Shown: positions 28,243-36,828 of the stretch, one piece after another
Position numbering within the stretch: the first letter of the stretch is position 1
Layout of the letters: each line of letters starts with the position of its first letter
NCBI GenBank assembly: GCA_948466335.1
Contig: CAOKAE010000006.1
Span: 11,171 to 75,170 of the forward strand
Length of the DNA stretch: 64,000 nucleotides
Origin: an uncultured Coriobacteriia bacterium
GTDB lineage: Bacteria > Actinomycetota > Coriobacteriia > Coriobacteriales > QAMH01
Direction of reading: 5' to 3'
Translations under genes and position numbers: made by a program
The notes under the pieces: model-generated
Told to the model about the DNA's origin: nothing
The model's input: the letters and a program-made list of their open reading frames with translations, nothing else
Database searches by the model: none

Positions 28243-28282
28243 GGAAGTCCGAACACGCCTTGTGCCAGGAGAGGAGGAAACC

Positions 28283-28807
28283 ATGCGCGTCGTCAAAGTC
28301 ATGGCGAGCTCATGTATCACGATTGCGATCATGGTGGCGATATTTCTCTTCTCGGCTCAAAGCGGCGGGGAGTCCGGCTCGTTGAGCGAGTCCGTCGCGC
28401 GTGTGCTCGCGTCTATCTTCGTGGGTGGATTCGATGGGATGGCCCCGGACGTCCAGGCATCGATCATTGCCCAGATGTCATGGCCCATACGCAAGACCGC
28501 CCACGCGACGGAATACGCCATACTCGCGGCATCACTAGTCATTACCTGCTGGCAAGTCATCGCCTGGCGGCGCGAGAGAAAGGCGAGGGACTATTCGCCT
28601 GAACAACGTGTCACGCGTGTTGGCGCCATTGCGTTCGCCATCGCCGTTTTCTATGCCTGCACCGACGAGATACATCAGCTCTTCATCGATGGACGCGCAG
28701 GGCAGGTCACTGACGTGCTCGTAGACGCCTCGGGAGCCGCCGTGGGGTGCGTACTGTGCTGCGTGGTCATATACGCGTTTCTGAGAAGGCGCAGAGTGCA
28801 CGCGTAG
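28283..28807 (+). CDS. VanZ-family membrane protein
   Basis: RKTAHATEYAILAASLV...ACTDEIHQLFIDGRAGQVTDVLVDASGAAVG. The ATG at 28283 follows GAGGAGGAAACC. Confidence 0.75.
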   Translation: MRVVKVMASSCITIAIMVAIFLFSAQSGGESGSLSESVARVLASIFVGGFDGMAPDVQASIIAQMSWPIRKTAHATEYAILAASLVITCWQVIAWRRERKARDYSPEQRVTRVGAIAFAIAVFYACTDEIHQLFIDGRAGQVTDVLVDASGAAVGCVLCCVVIYAFLRRRRVHA

Positions 28808-28872
28808 GCATGCCTTCAAGCGCTGCGCATCAAAAGCCAACGCAACTAATCTGAAATTGTCGCCAGTCAAAA

Positions 28873-28899
28873 ACGAGGACGCCTTTGAGGCGTCCTCGT
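28873..28899. terminator. bidirectional hairpin terminator
   Basis: Perfect 11-bp stem ACGAGGACGCC-TTTGA-GGCGTCCTCGT between vanZ-like (+) and dut (-), with an A-run upstream. Confidence 0.6.
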
Positions 28900-29004
28900 G
28901 TCATGGGTGTCCTTGTATCAGATGGAAAGGAATGTGGGAGGAGAGCATACGCTAGATAATCGCAAATGCTTTAGTTCCCATAAGATACATTATCAGACAA
29001 TAGG

Positions 29005-29448
29005 CTATTTTCCCGTGGACCCGAATCCGCCCGTCGAACGTTGAGTTTCGTCGAGTTCGGTGACCTCCAGCAACTCGACGACGGGAACTTCCTGGATGAC
29101 GAGCTGTGCCACGCGGTCGCCGCGCTTGAGGGAAATCTCGTTCTGCGTGTCCGTATTGAGTCCGATCACCTTGAGCTCGCCGCGATAACCGCTGTCGATG
29201 AGTCCCGGCGTGTTGACGATGGAGAAACCCTGCTTGGCGGCAAGGCCACTACGTGGCTGCACGAACCCTGCGAAGCCCTCGGGAATGGCGACGGCTATGC
29301 CCGTGGGTATCAAGGCGCGCTCTCCGGGCTGCAGCGTGACGTCCTCGGCCGCGTAGAGGTCGAGTCCGGCATCTCCCGGATTTGCATAGGCGGGCGTAGG
29401 CAGCCCCTCATCAAGCTTCTTGAGCTTGAGCGTGATGTTCTTACTCAT
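29005..29448 (-). CDS. dut: dUTP diphosphatase
   Basis: 147 aa with AGLDLYA, RSGLA.K.G, IDSGYRGE and a GGFGSTG C-terminal motif. Confidence 0.93.
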   Translation of the reverse strand: MSKNITLKLKKLDEGLPTPAYANPGDAGLDLYAAEDVTLQPGERALIPTGIAVAIPEGFAGFVQPRSGLAAKQGFSIVNTPGLIDSGYRGELKVIGLNTDTQNEISLKRGDRVAQLVIQEVPVVELLEVTELDETQRSTGGFGSTGK

Positions 29449-29941
29449 CTTCCAGCTCCTGCATGTCGGCGGTCACTGTGGCGTCCGCGGCGGTTTCGGT
29501 CAAATGCTCAAGCTCCTCGCGCAGCTCGTCGATGTCCTTGAAGTCCTTGTAGACCGAAGCGAACCTGATATAAGCCACCTTGTCTAAATCTCCCAATCTT
29601 ATGAGAACCTGATCACCGAGCGAGGAAGAGGGTATGGGTCCCCTATAGGTGTTGCGGATATCATTTTCGACCATGTCGACGAACGCTTCGAGCGTATGGA
29701 GCGAAACGTTGCGCTTGGCAGTCGCGGAAAGCAGGCTCTTAAGCAACTTGGAGCGGTCAAAGGGCTCGACATGACCGTCGCGCTTGAGGACCATGATCGG
29801 CTCCTCTTCCCTTCTCTCGAAGGTCGTAAAGCGCGCGCCGCACTCGAGGCACTCGCGCCTACGCTTTATGCTTGCTCCGTCGTCAAATGAACGCGAATCG
29901 ATTACCCGGGATTCTTTACAGCTGCAATTTGGGCAAAGCAT
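29441..29941 (-). CDS. nrdR: transcriptional repressor NrdR
   Basis: MLCPNCSCKESRVIDSR...RRRECLECGARFTTFER zinc ribbon plus an ATP-cone. RBS GAGGAG. 8-nt overlap with dut. Confidence 0.93.
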   Translation of the reverse strand: MLCPNCSCKESRVIDSRSFDDGASIKRRRECLECGARFTTFERREEEPIMVLKRDGHVEPFDRSKLLKSLLSATAKRNVSLHTLEAFVDMVENDIRNTYRGPIPSSSLGDQVLIRLGDLDKVAYIRFASVYKDFKDIDELREELEHLTETAADATVTADMQELEDE

Positions 29942-30043
29942 CCGTTCTCCTCACCTTACATTGAATTTTCAAGTACGGTGATTCTAACAGAGAACGATGC
30001 CGTCGAGGCTGACCCTACGACAACGTAATTTGCATGTGTGCTC

Positions 30044-30328
30044 CTACATGAAGGAAAGGGCAAAGAGCGCAGCCGTGGCCAGGGCACTTGTGAAGACGGC
30101 GAAAGCGCGTTGGCGCGTTCCGTCGAAAAAGACATGACGCACGCGCATGTCGAGAACGTCGTGAACCGCCGAAGAGAAATCGCCGCCGTGCAGGTGACCA
30201 AACGCAAGCGTGATGAAGTCTTCGAACAGCGACGTGCGCTCACGCGGCAATGCCCGTATGACGGTAAGGTGCGGCCTCGAAGCAACGGAGATGGGCGCGA
30301 CGGCCGCCTGCGTCTTGCGAAGGGTCAT
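30044..30328 (-). CDS. small hypothetical protein with C-terminal hydrophobic helix, SOS-box controlled (candidate SOS cell-division inhibitor)
   Basis: 94 aa. RBS AAGGAGG lies 7 nt before ATG 30328. GC3-rich codons. C-terminus AFAVFTSALATAALFALSFM. Divergent from lexA and 102 nt upstream of nrdR. Confidence 0.6.
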   Translation of the reverse strand: MTLRKTQAAVAPISVASRPHLTVIRALPRERTSLFEDFITLAFGHLHGGDFSSAVHDVLDMRVRHVFFDGTRQRAFAVFTSALATAALFALSFM

Positions 30329-30397
30329 GATGTACCTCCTTGTGCTGCGTTTGCGTACGGTCCCGTTATACGCGATGCCTGTGACACGATTACGAAC

Positions 30398-30410
30398 CGA
30401 ACATGTGTTC
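30398..30410. promoter_or_regulatory. LexA (SOS/Cheo-type) box 1
   Basis: CGAACATGTGTTC, a perfect GAAC-N4-GTTC palindrome just downstream of the minus-strand -10. Confidence 0.8.
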
Positions 30411-30417
30411 TAGGTAC

Positions 30418-30445
30418 ATAATAGACGAACATTTGTTTGTTTCAA
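30418..30445 (-). promoter_or_regulatory. promoter of the small SOS gene (and possibly nrdR-dut)
   Basis: On the minus strand: TTGAAA - 16 nt - TATTAT. Box 2 lies in the spacer and box 1 at about +1. Confidence 0.55.
30426..30438. promoter_or_regulatory. LexA box 2
   Basis: CGAACATTTGTTT, inside the spacer of the minus-strand promoter. Confidence 0.7.
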
Positions 30446-30453
30446 GAGGAAAA

Positions 30454-30466
30454 CGAACATATGTTT
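30454..30466. promoter_or_regulatory. LexA box 3
   Basis: CGAACATATGTTT, ~55 nt upstream of the lexA ATG. Same core as the recA box. Confidence 0.7.
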
Positions 30467-30520
30467 GTAATTTTTCCTCAGTTCGTCTAAACTCTTGTGC
30501 AACGAGTCCAGGAGGATGGT

Positions 30521-31171
30521 ATGGATAACGAGAAGCTCACCAAGCGCCAACAGCAGATACTCGACTACATTCGCAAGTGCATCGAGGTCAAGCACTATCC
30601 CCCATCCGTACGCGAGATCGGCCAGGCCATCGGTCTGTCCTCCCCTTCCACGGTGCACGCGCACCTCAACGCGCTCGAGGCCAAGGGCTATATCAAGCGC
30701 GATGGGGCAAAGTCTCGTTCCATGGTCATTACGGGTTCGCAGCAGGAACAACGCCGCCCTGCCTCCAGCGCATCACACGATGAGTTCAACGGTCACTCCC
30801 TCGTCGAGCTTCCCCTCGTCGGCCGCGTCGCCGCCGGCACGCCCATACTCGCAGAGCAAAACATCGAAGAGGAAGTTCCCTTGCCCACCTCGCTCTTCGG
30901 CGATCGCAACTCCTTCTTGCTCACCGTGCACGGCGACTCCATGATCAACGCCGGCATCTATGACGGTGACACGCTGCTCGTTCGCGAGCAGAGCACGGCG
31001 GACAACGGCGACATCGTCGTTGCCATGATTGACGACGGCGCCACGGTCAAGACCTATTACAAGGAGAAGGACTGCGTGCGCCTACAGCCGCACAACGATG
31101 CCATGGAGCCCATCTTCACCCGTGATGCGCAGATTCTCGGCGTCGTGACCGGCTTGTTCAGGAGCTACTAG
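30521..31171 (+). CDS. lexA: LexA repressor
   Basis: LTKRQQQILDYIRKCIEVKHYPPSVREIGQAIGLSSPSTVHAHLNALEAKGYI, VAAG cleavage site, S24 peptidase GDSM...K. The ATG at 30521 follows AGGAGG. Confidence 0.95.
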   Translation: MDNEKLTKRQQQILDYIRKCIEVKHYPPSVREIGQAIGLSSPSTVHAHLNALEAKGYIKRDGAKSRSMVITGSQQEQRRPASSASHDEFNGHSLVELPLVGRVAAGTPILAEQNIEEEVPLPTSLFGDRNSFLLTVHGDSMINAGIYDGDTLLVREQSTADNGDIVVAMIDDGATVKTYYKEKDCVRLQPHNDAMEPIFTRDAQILGVVTGLFRSY

Positions 31172-32480
31172 TCCCCGGGTTCTCTATTTCGAACTGCCGG
31201 AACTGCTTCGCGAGCGACACGGGCAGGCACACCTTCAGGTAGATGCCGTCGGCTTCATAGTTCTCGGAGCTCACGGTCGCCTGTTCATGGGCAATGGTCA
31301 CGAAGCGCCCCTGGTCGTAGGGTATGCATATGTTCATGGGCACGTATCTGCTTTCGACCTCGGCCACGAGCCTGGCAAGCAATCCATCTACGTTGGCCCC
31401 GGTCCTCGCCGAGAGAAACACCGCCTCGGGATAGAGGCTCCTCAGGCGCTCGAGCTCTTCGGGTGCGTCCACTTCGAGCAAATCGACCTTGTTGAACACC
31501 GTGAGACATGGGATGTCAGATGCACCGATTTGGCCGAGCACATCCTGGACGGCCTTGAGCTGGGCGGCGCGCTGGACGGAGGCGGCATCCACCACGAGCA
31601 AGACGAGGTCCGCCTCGCGTATCTCGTCAAGGGTCGAATGAAATGCCTCGACGAGGTTATGCGGGAGTTTCTGGATGAAGCCGACGGTGTCCGTGAGCGT
31701 GACCATGCTGGCATCAGGTAGCTCAAGGGCACGCGTCGTCGAATCAAGCGTCGCGAAGAGCTTGTCATATGCAAGAACGTTCGAATGAGTGAGCCTGTTC
31801 ATGAGGCTCGACTTGCCCGCGTTCGTATAGCCGGCAAGGGCAATGCGAAACACGCCGGACTGGTTGCGATGCTTGCGCTGGGTCTTCCTGCTGTTCTCGA
31901 GATTCGCGAGTTCGCGGCGTATGCGTCCGATGCGTTTGCGTACGAGGCGCCGGTCGACCTCGAGCTGGGACTCGCCCTCGCCAAAGCGAGAACCGACGCC
32001 GCCACCCATGCGATGCGCGGCCAGATGGCTCCACATGCCGCGTAGCCGTGGGTATAGGTACTGGTTCTGGGCGAGCTTGACCTGCAGGCGTCCTTCGCGG
32101 CTCGTCGCATGCAGGGCGAAGATGTCGAGAATGAGGGCCGTGCGATCGATGACCTTCACGGGCTTGCCCACAACCCGCTCGAGGTTGCTCTGCTGGGAAG
32201 GAGACAACTCGTCGTCGAGTATGACCACGTCGGCACGAAGGTCGCGCACGCAAGCCGCGAGCTCGTCGGCCTTACCCGCCCCGATGAAGGTACGTGGATT
32301 GGGAGCGTCGAGCTTCTGCGACATCGTGTGGACTACCTCGGCACCTGCCGTGTTGGCAAGCCTTTCGAGCTCTGCCATGGACTCGGCCAGGGGCCAATCC
32401 GCGTTTCCGCGGTCGATGCCGACGAGTATGGCGCGCTCGGGCACTTCCTCGGTGACGACCTCGAACTTCTGCCGTGGCAT
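31158..32480 (-). CDS. hflX: GTPase HflX
   Basis: DELSPSQQSNLERVVG.KVIDRTALILDIFA.HA.S.EG.LQV.LAQ and GYTNAGKSSLMNRL. 14-nt convergent overlap with lexA. Confidence 0.92.
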   Translation of the reverse strand: MPRQKFEVVTEEVPERAILVGIDRGNADWPLAESMAELERLANTAGAEVVHTMSQKLDAPNPRTFIGAGKADELAACVRDLRADVVILDDELSPSQQSNLERVVGKPVKVIDRTALILDIFALHATSREGRLQVKLAQNQYLYPRLRGMWSHLAAHRMGGGVGSRFGEGESQLEVDRRLVRKRIGRIRRELANLENSRKTQRKHRNQSGVFRIALAGYTNAGKSSLMNRLTHSNVLAYDKLFATLDSTTRALELPDASMVTLTDTVGFIQKLPHNLVEAFHSTLDEIREADLVLLVVDAASVQRAAQLKAVQDVLGQIGASDIPCLTVFNKVDLLEVDAPEELERLRSLYPEAVFLSARTGANVDGLLARLVAEVESRYVPMNICIPYDQGRFVTIAHEQATVSSENYEADGIYLKVCLPVSLAKQFRQFEIENPGTSSS

Positions 32481-32492
32481 AGGCGGCGGGAC

Positions 32493-33362
32493 CTAGACCT
32501 CGACCGTACCGGTAAAGCTTTCGGCGGCCGGGCCCGTCATGAGAACGTGCCCATCGCTCTCACGCCATTCGATGTGCAAGGTACCGCCGATGAGCTCGAG
32601 CGCGACCTTGCGGGGAGCATGGCCACCGATATGGGCGGCGACGGCCGTTGCGCAGGCTCCCGTGCCGCAGGCAAGCGTCTCGCCGCATCCGCGTTCCCAC
32701 ACGCGCATGTGGATGACGTCGCCATCGACCCAGGCAAACTCGACGTTCGTGCCCTCGGGGAAGGCCTCGCATGTCTCGACGAGCGGGCCGAGCGAATCGA
32801 CAAGCTCGAGGCCCTTTTTGTCGACGAAGGTCACGGCATGGGGGTTTCCCATGGAGACGCAGGTGAAGCGCAGCATGCGGCCGTCGATGTAGAACTCGGC
32901 GTCGAGGGCCACGCGCCCGTAGGGTGTCTCGGTGCCCCCGAAGGTCGTCGGCACTTCGAGCGGCTCGAGTATGGGAGCGCCCATGTCGACGGTGGCCTGC
33001 GCGAGCTTCCCCTCGTCATCGAGGGTGAAGCTGATGGGTTTGGGACCGGAGAGCGTATCGGCGACGAAGCGCCCCGCATCCGGATCGATGATGCCGCGAT
33101 CGACGAGGAACTTCGCGAAGCAGCGCACGCCGTTTCCGCACATCTGGGCCTTGGTACCATCGGAATTGTAGTAGTCCATGTAGGCGGCGCATTCGGGACG
33201 CGGTGATGGCTTGACGATAATGACGCCATCCGCGCCGATGCCGAAGTGCCTGTCGCAAAGGGCGGCGACCTGATCTGGCGTAAGGGCTATCGCATCGTCC
33301 AGATCCTCGATCATGACAAAGTCATTGCCAATGCCGTTGAGCTTCGCGAAATCGTATCTCAT
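32493..33362 (-). CDS. dapF: diaminopimelate epimerase
   Basis: F.K..G.GNDFV, the MCGNG and ACGTG catalytic Cys motifs. 289 aa. Confidence 0.93.
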   Translation of the reverse strand: MRYDFAKLNGIGNDFVMIEDLDDAIALTPDQVAALCDRHFGIGADGVIIVKPSPRPECAAYMDYYNSDGTKAQMCGNGVRCFAKFLVDRGIIDPDAGRFVADTLSGPKPISFTLDDEGKLAQATVDMGAPILEPLEVPTTFGGTETPYGRVALDAEFYIDGRMLRFTCVSMGNPHAVTFVDKKGLELVDSLGPLVETCEAFPEGTNVEFAWVDGDVIHMRVWERGCGETLACGTGACATAVAAHIGGHAPRKVALELIGGTLHIEWRESDGHVLMTGPAAESFTGTVEV

Positions 33363-34300
33363 GTTCGAACAGCCCCTTCAATCTCGTCCATCGAACGTTG
33401 TACCAGTGTATCAGTAATGCCCTCATCGGCGTGTAACCATATGATTTCGGAATCGCGGCGTAGCCACGAAAGCTGTCGCTTGGCATAGCGACGGGTTGCC
33501 TGCTTGATCTGGGCAATGGCCTCCTCGAGCGTGACGTCGCCTTCCAGATGCGCGACGATCTCCTTGTATCCAATGGCCTGGGGCGCTGTCAGGCCATCGC
33601 GAAATCCGCTGTCCAGAAGCCGCTTCACCTCGTCGACGAGACCGGTGGAGACCATGACGTCGACACGTTCGTCGATACGTTCGTAGAGAAGCTGCCTATC
33701 TACGTCGAGCGCGAGCTTGACGCTCGGCATATGGGCGGGAAGCGTGGCAAACGCACGCTTGCGCGCGGCGTAGCTCTCCCCCTCCTCGAGCATCTCGAGG
33801 GCACGTACGACACGACGGACGTTATGGGGATGAATGAGCGCGGCGCTTTCCGCGTCTCTTTGCGCCAGCAGCGCGTGGAGTCCATCGTCTCCCAGCTCCT
33901 CGGCAAGCTGTTCGTACTTCTGCCGCACCGTGCTGCTTTCGTCCCCCGGCGCAAAGTCCATGTCATCGAGGGCAGCCCGCACGTAGAGTCCCGTTCCCCC
34001 GCAGATGATGGGAAGCTTGTTTCGTGCGCGAATGTCATCGATGGCGGCGCGGGCGTCGCGCTGGAACAGGGCGGCCGAATAGGGCTGTCCGGGATCGAGT
34101 ATGTCGATGCAGTGATATGGGACGCGTCGCTCGTCAGGGGGCACCTTTGCCGTGCCAATATCCATACCACGGTAGATTTGCATTGAATCGGCCGAGATGA
34201 TCTCACCGTCAAGGCGCGCAGCCATGAGCTCTGCCAGCGCAGACTTACCCGAAGCGGTCGGTCCCTGAATACATAGGAGCGTATCGACGGATGTTGCCAT
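33359..34300 (-). CDS. miaA: tRNA dimethylallyltransferase
   Basis: GPTASGKSALAELMA and IISADSMQIYRGMDIGTAK. Confidence 0.93.
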   Translation of the reverse strand: MATSVDTLLCIQGPTASGKSALAELMAARLDGEIISADSMQIYRGMDIGTAKVPPDERRVPYHCIDILDPGQPYSAALFQRDARAAIDDIRARNKLPIICGGTGLYVRAALDDMDFAPGDESSTVRQKYEQLAEELGDDGLHALLAQRDAESAALIHPHNVRRVVRALEMLEEGESYAARKRAFATLPAHMPSVKLALDVDRQLLYERIDERVDVMVSTGLVDEVKRLLDSGFRDGLTAPQAIGYKEIVAHLEGDVTLEEAIAQIKQATRRYAKRQLSWLRRDSEIIWLHADEGITDTLVQRSMDEIEGAVRT

Positions 34301-35667
34301 CAGACGAGCGTTCCCTGCAGGTAGTTTGTCGTCGCACTGTCGACATGCACGGCCATGATGCTGCCGATCACGTCATCGATGCGCATACCGTCCGCAAGTT
34401 GCGCATGCACGGTTTGCAGCTTGGGGCTCTTGCCGGCCAAGATGCCCGCATCGCGCTTCGAGACGCCCTCGACGAGCACGGGAATCGTCTTGCCGATCTC
34501 ATGCTCGTTTTCGGCAAGCGAGCTTTCCTGCGCAAGGCACTCGAGACGTTCGAAACGCTCCTGCAGCACCTCCCGAGGCATGTCATCGACAATCGTCGCG
34601 GCTGGCGTGCCGGGACGCTTCGAGTAGATGAAGCGAAACATCTGCCCATAGCCCACCTCCTTGACGACGTCGAGCGTTCCCTGGAAGTCCTCCTCGGTCT
34701 CGCCGGGAAAGCCGATGATGATGTCGGTGGAAAGGGAGATGTCCGGTATCGCCTCGCGCACGTCATGGACGAGCCCGAGGTAGCGCTCAACGGTGTAGGA
34801 GCGGTTCATCGCACGCAGGATGCGGTCAGATCCCGACTGTAGCGGCAGATGCAGTTGGGGCATGATATTGGGATACTCCGCCATGGCCTCGATGGTCTCG
34901 GGAAGCAGGTCCTTAGGATGGCTCGTCACGAATCGCACGCGGTCGACGCCCGATTTGCCCGCAAGCGCGAGAACCTGCGCGAAGCGCGGTTCACCGTAGA
35001 GGTCGCGTCCGTAGGAGTTCACGTTTTGCCCCAGCAAGGTGATCTCGCGTATGCCGGCATCGGCAAGCGTCGCAAGCTCGTTTTCTATGTCATCGATGGA
35101 ACGCGACATCTCGCGGCCTCGCACGTACGGCACGATGCAGTAGGTGCAGAAGTTGTCACAGCCGGTCATGATGGGGACCCAGGCGTGCCACGGTTTCGCG
35201 CGACGCACGGGCAGGTCGCTTGCAAAGCCATCGTTGACCTCGATGGTCTCGACCTGGGGTTCGCCCGTGACAATCCGTCGTTCGATCAGGTCGACCAGAT
35301 GCCCGAGATTGTGCGTGCCGAAGACCACGTCGACGTGGCTAAGCTCCTCACGCAAATCCGGTCCGTCAAGCTGCCCGATGCAGCCACCTACGGCGATGAT
35401 GCGTTTGGCGCCGTGAACATCGGGGACGTTCTTGATCGAGGCAACCTGTCCCATGAGGCGCAGTTCGGCCTTCTCGCGCACGCAGCAGGTCAGGAAGATG
35501 GCGATGTCGGCATCTTCGATGGTGAGTACGGGCAGTGCGCCCGCCTCCTCGAGCATGCCGGCAACGCGCTCGGCATCGTTCTCATTCATCTGGCAGCCGA
35601 AGGTGCGCTGCCAATATGTCATGCCGGCAAGGGGCCTGTCCTCAGATGCGATGTTCGTCTGTTGCAC
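34300..35667 (-). CDS. miaB: tRNA-2-methylthio-N6-dimethylallyladenosine synthase
   Basis: TFGCQMNENDAE, CDNFCTYCIVPYVRGRE and a C-terminal TRAM domain. Start is either GTG 35667 (RBS GGAG) or ATG 35622. Confidence 0.9.
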   Translation of the reverse strand: MQQTNIASEDRPLAGMTYWQRTFGCQMNENDAERVAGMLEEAGALPVLTIEDADIAIFLTCCVREKAELRLMGQVASIKNVPDVHGAKRIIAVGGCIGQLDGPDLREELSHVDVVFGTHNLGHLVDLIERRIVTGEPQVETIEVNDGFASDLPVRRAKPWHAWVPIMTGCDNFCTYCIVPYVRGREMSRSIDDIENELATLADAGIREITLLGQNVNSYGRDLYGEPRFAQVLALAGKSGVDRVRFVTSHPKDLLPETIEAMAEYPNIMPQLHLPLQSGSDRILRAMNRSYTVERYLGLVHDVREAIPDISLSTDIIIGFPGETEEDFQGTLDVVKEVGYGQMFRFIYSKRPGTPAATIVDDMPREVLQERFERLECLAQESSLAENEHEIGKTIPVLVEGVSKRDAGILAGKSPKLQTVHAQLADGMRIDDVIGSIMAVHVDSATTNYLQGTLV

Positions 35668-35685
35668 GTCCTACTCCGTCATTTC

Positions 35686-36504
35686 CTACAAGCGTCCGCA
35701 TGCCGCGAGAAACGCATGGTACTGCCTCTCATCCAGGCCGACGCCTCCCAACCGTGCCCGGTGCACGTCGTCACCGTGCCAATCCGACCCGCCGCTCACG
35801 CCCAGGTGAAGGTCACGGGCAATCTCGAACAGCTCGGCACTTTGCGATGGCGTCTGCAGCGTATGGTATGCCTCGAGCCCCGTCATGCCCTCGCGGGCGA
35901 AGCGGGAAATGAGGTCAACGACACGATAGCGCGCGGGATGGGCGACAAAGGAACAGCCGCCGGCTTCGGAGATCAGGCGCATGGCCTCGATGGTGTCGGG
36001 ATAGACCGCATCGACATAGCAAGGAGACGAGGCCCCGAGCAAGCGCGCGAACGCATCGTCGACACTTGTGGCGCAACCTCGTTCGACGAGTAGGCGCGCG
36101 AGGAGGGGTCGATTGGGGGTCTCCCCCGTTGCCCGCAGGTCATCAGCGCATATGGGATAACCGTGTTGCTGCAGCAAGTCCGCCATGGCGTAGACGCGTC
36201 TGGCCCGTCTCTGGCGATTGGCGTCAAGGTAGTCACCGAGGACGGGACTTTGGGGATCGATGAAGTAGCCGAGCATGTGCACGGTGCGCTGGTCGTATCT
36301 GGTCGTGATCTCGACGCCGCAGACGAAATCGACGCCATGGGCGTCGCATGACAAAGCGGCCGCCCCAAGAGCGGCCAGACTGTCATGATCGGTAATGGAG
36401 ATGACGCGAAGGCCATCGGTGCGAGCGGCGAGACGGGCTATGTGGTCGGGCCCGTAGGTACCGTCAGATGCGGAAGAATGCGTATGCAGGTCCGCAAAGG
36501 GCAC
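35686..36504 (-). CDS. PHP-domain phosphoesterase (TrpH/YciV-like)
   Basis: FADLHTHSSASDGT, ITDHDS and GGSDWHG metal-binding motifs. GTG start with RBS AGGAG. Confidence 0.8.
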   Translation of the reverse strand: MPFADLHTHSSASDGTYGPDHIARLAARTDGLRVISITDHDSLAALGAAALSCDAHGVDFVCGVEITTRYDQRTVHMLGYFIDPQSPVLGDYLDANRQRRARRVYAMADLLQQHGYPICADDLRATGETPNRPLLARLLVERGCATSVDDAFARLLGASSPCYVDAVYPDTIEAMRLISEAGGCSFVAHPARYRVVDLISRFAREGMTGLEAYHTLQTPSQSAELFEIARDLHLGVSGGSDWHGDDVHRARLGGVGLDERQYHAFLAACGRL

Positions 36505-36513
36505 GCGACGCTC

Positions 36514-36828
36514 CTACACGAGCGTCGGCTCGTCCACGGTCTCCTCTATCTCGACGATGTCATCGGAGTAATGCGGGTGCACAGCAAAACGAATGCCCGT
36601 GCGCGTGTCACCGTTTATCTCGAGTTCGACGAAGGAGGGCACGCAGGCGACGTCGATGCCGCTGGGCGCGAGATATCCACGGGCGATGGCAATGGCCTTG
36701 ACGGCCTGGTTGACGGCGCCAGCGCCAATTGACTGTATGCGTACGGGGTTCCCGTCCTTGATGAGACCGGCAATGGCGCCGGCAACGGATGCGGGGGAAG
36801 ACTTGCTTGAAACCTTCAGAAAATCCAT
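36514..36828 (-). CDS. spoVS: SpoVS-family protein
   Basis: LKVSSKSSPASVAGAIAGLIKDGNPVRIQSIGAGAVNQAVKAIAIARGYLAPSGIDV is near-canonical SpoVS. An ~18-aa acidic C-terminal extension follows. Confidence 0.88.
   Translation of the reverse strand: MDFLKVSSKSSPASVAGAIAGLIKDGNPVRIQSIGAGAVNQAVKAIAIARGYLAPSGIDVACVPSFVELEINGDTRTGIRFAVHPHYSDDIVEIEETVDEPTLV

Noticed and set aside
31158-31171. Convergent gene overlaps: lexA/hflX by 14 nt and tatD/gluQ by 21 nt at 61564-61584.
   Set aside because: Short 3'-3' overlaps are common in compact high-GC genomes. Nothing in the sequence suggests a special function.
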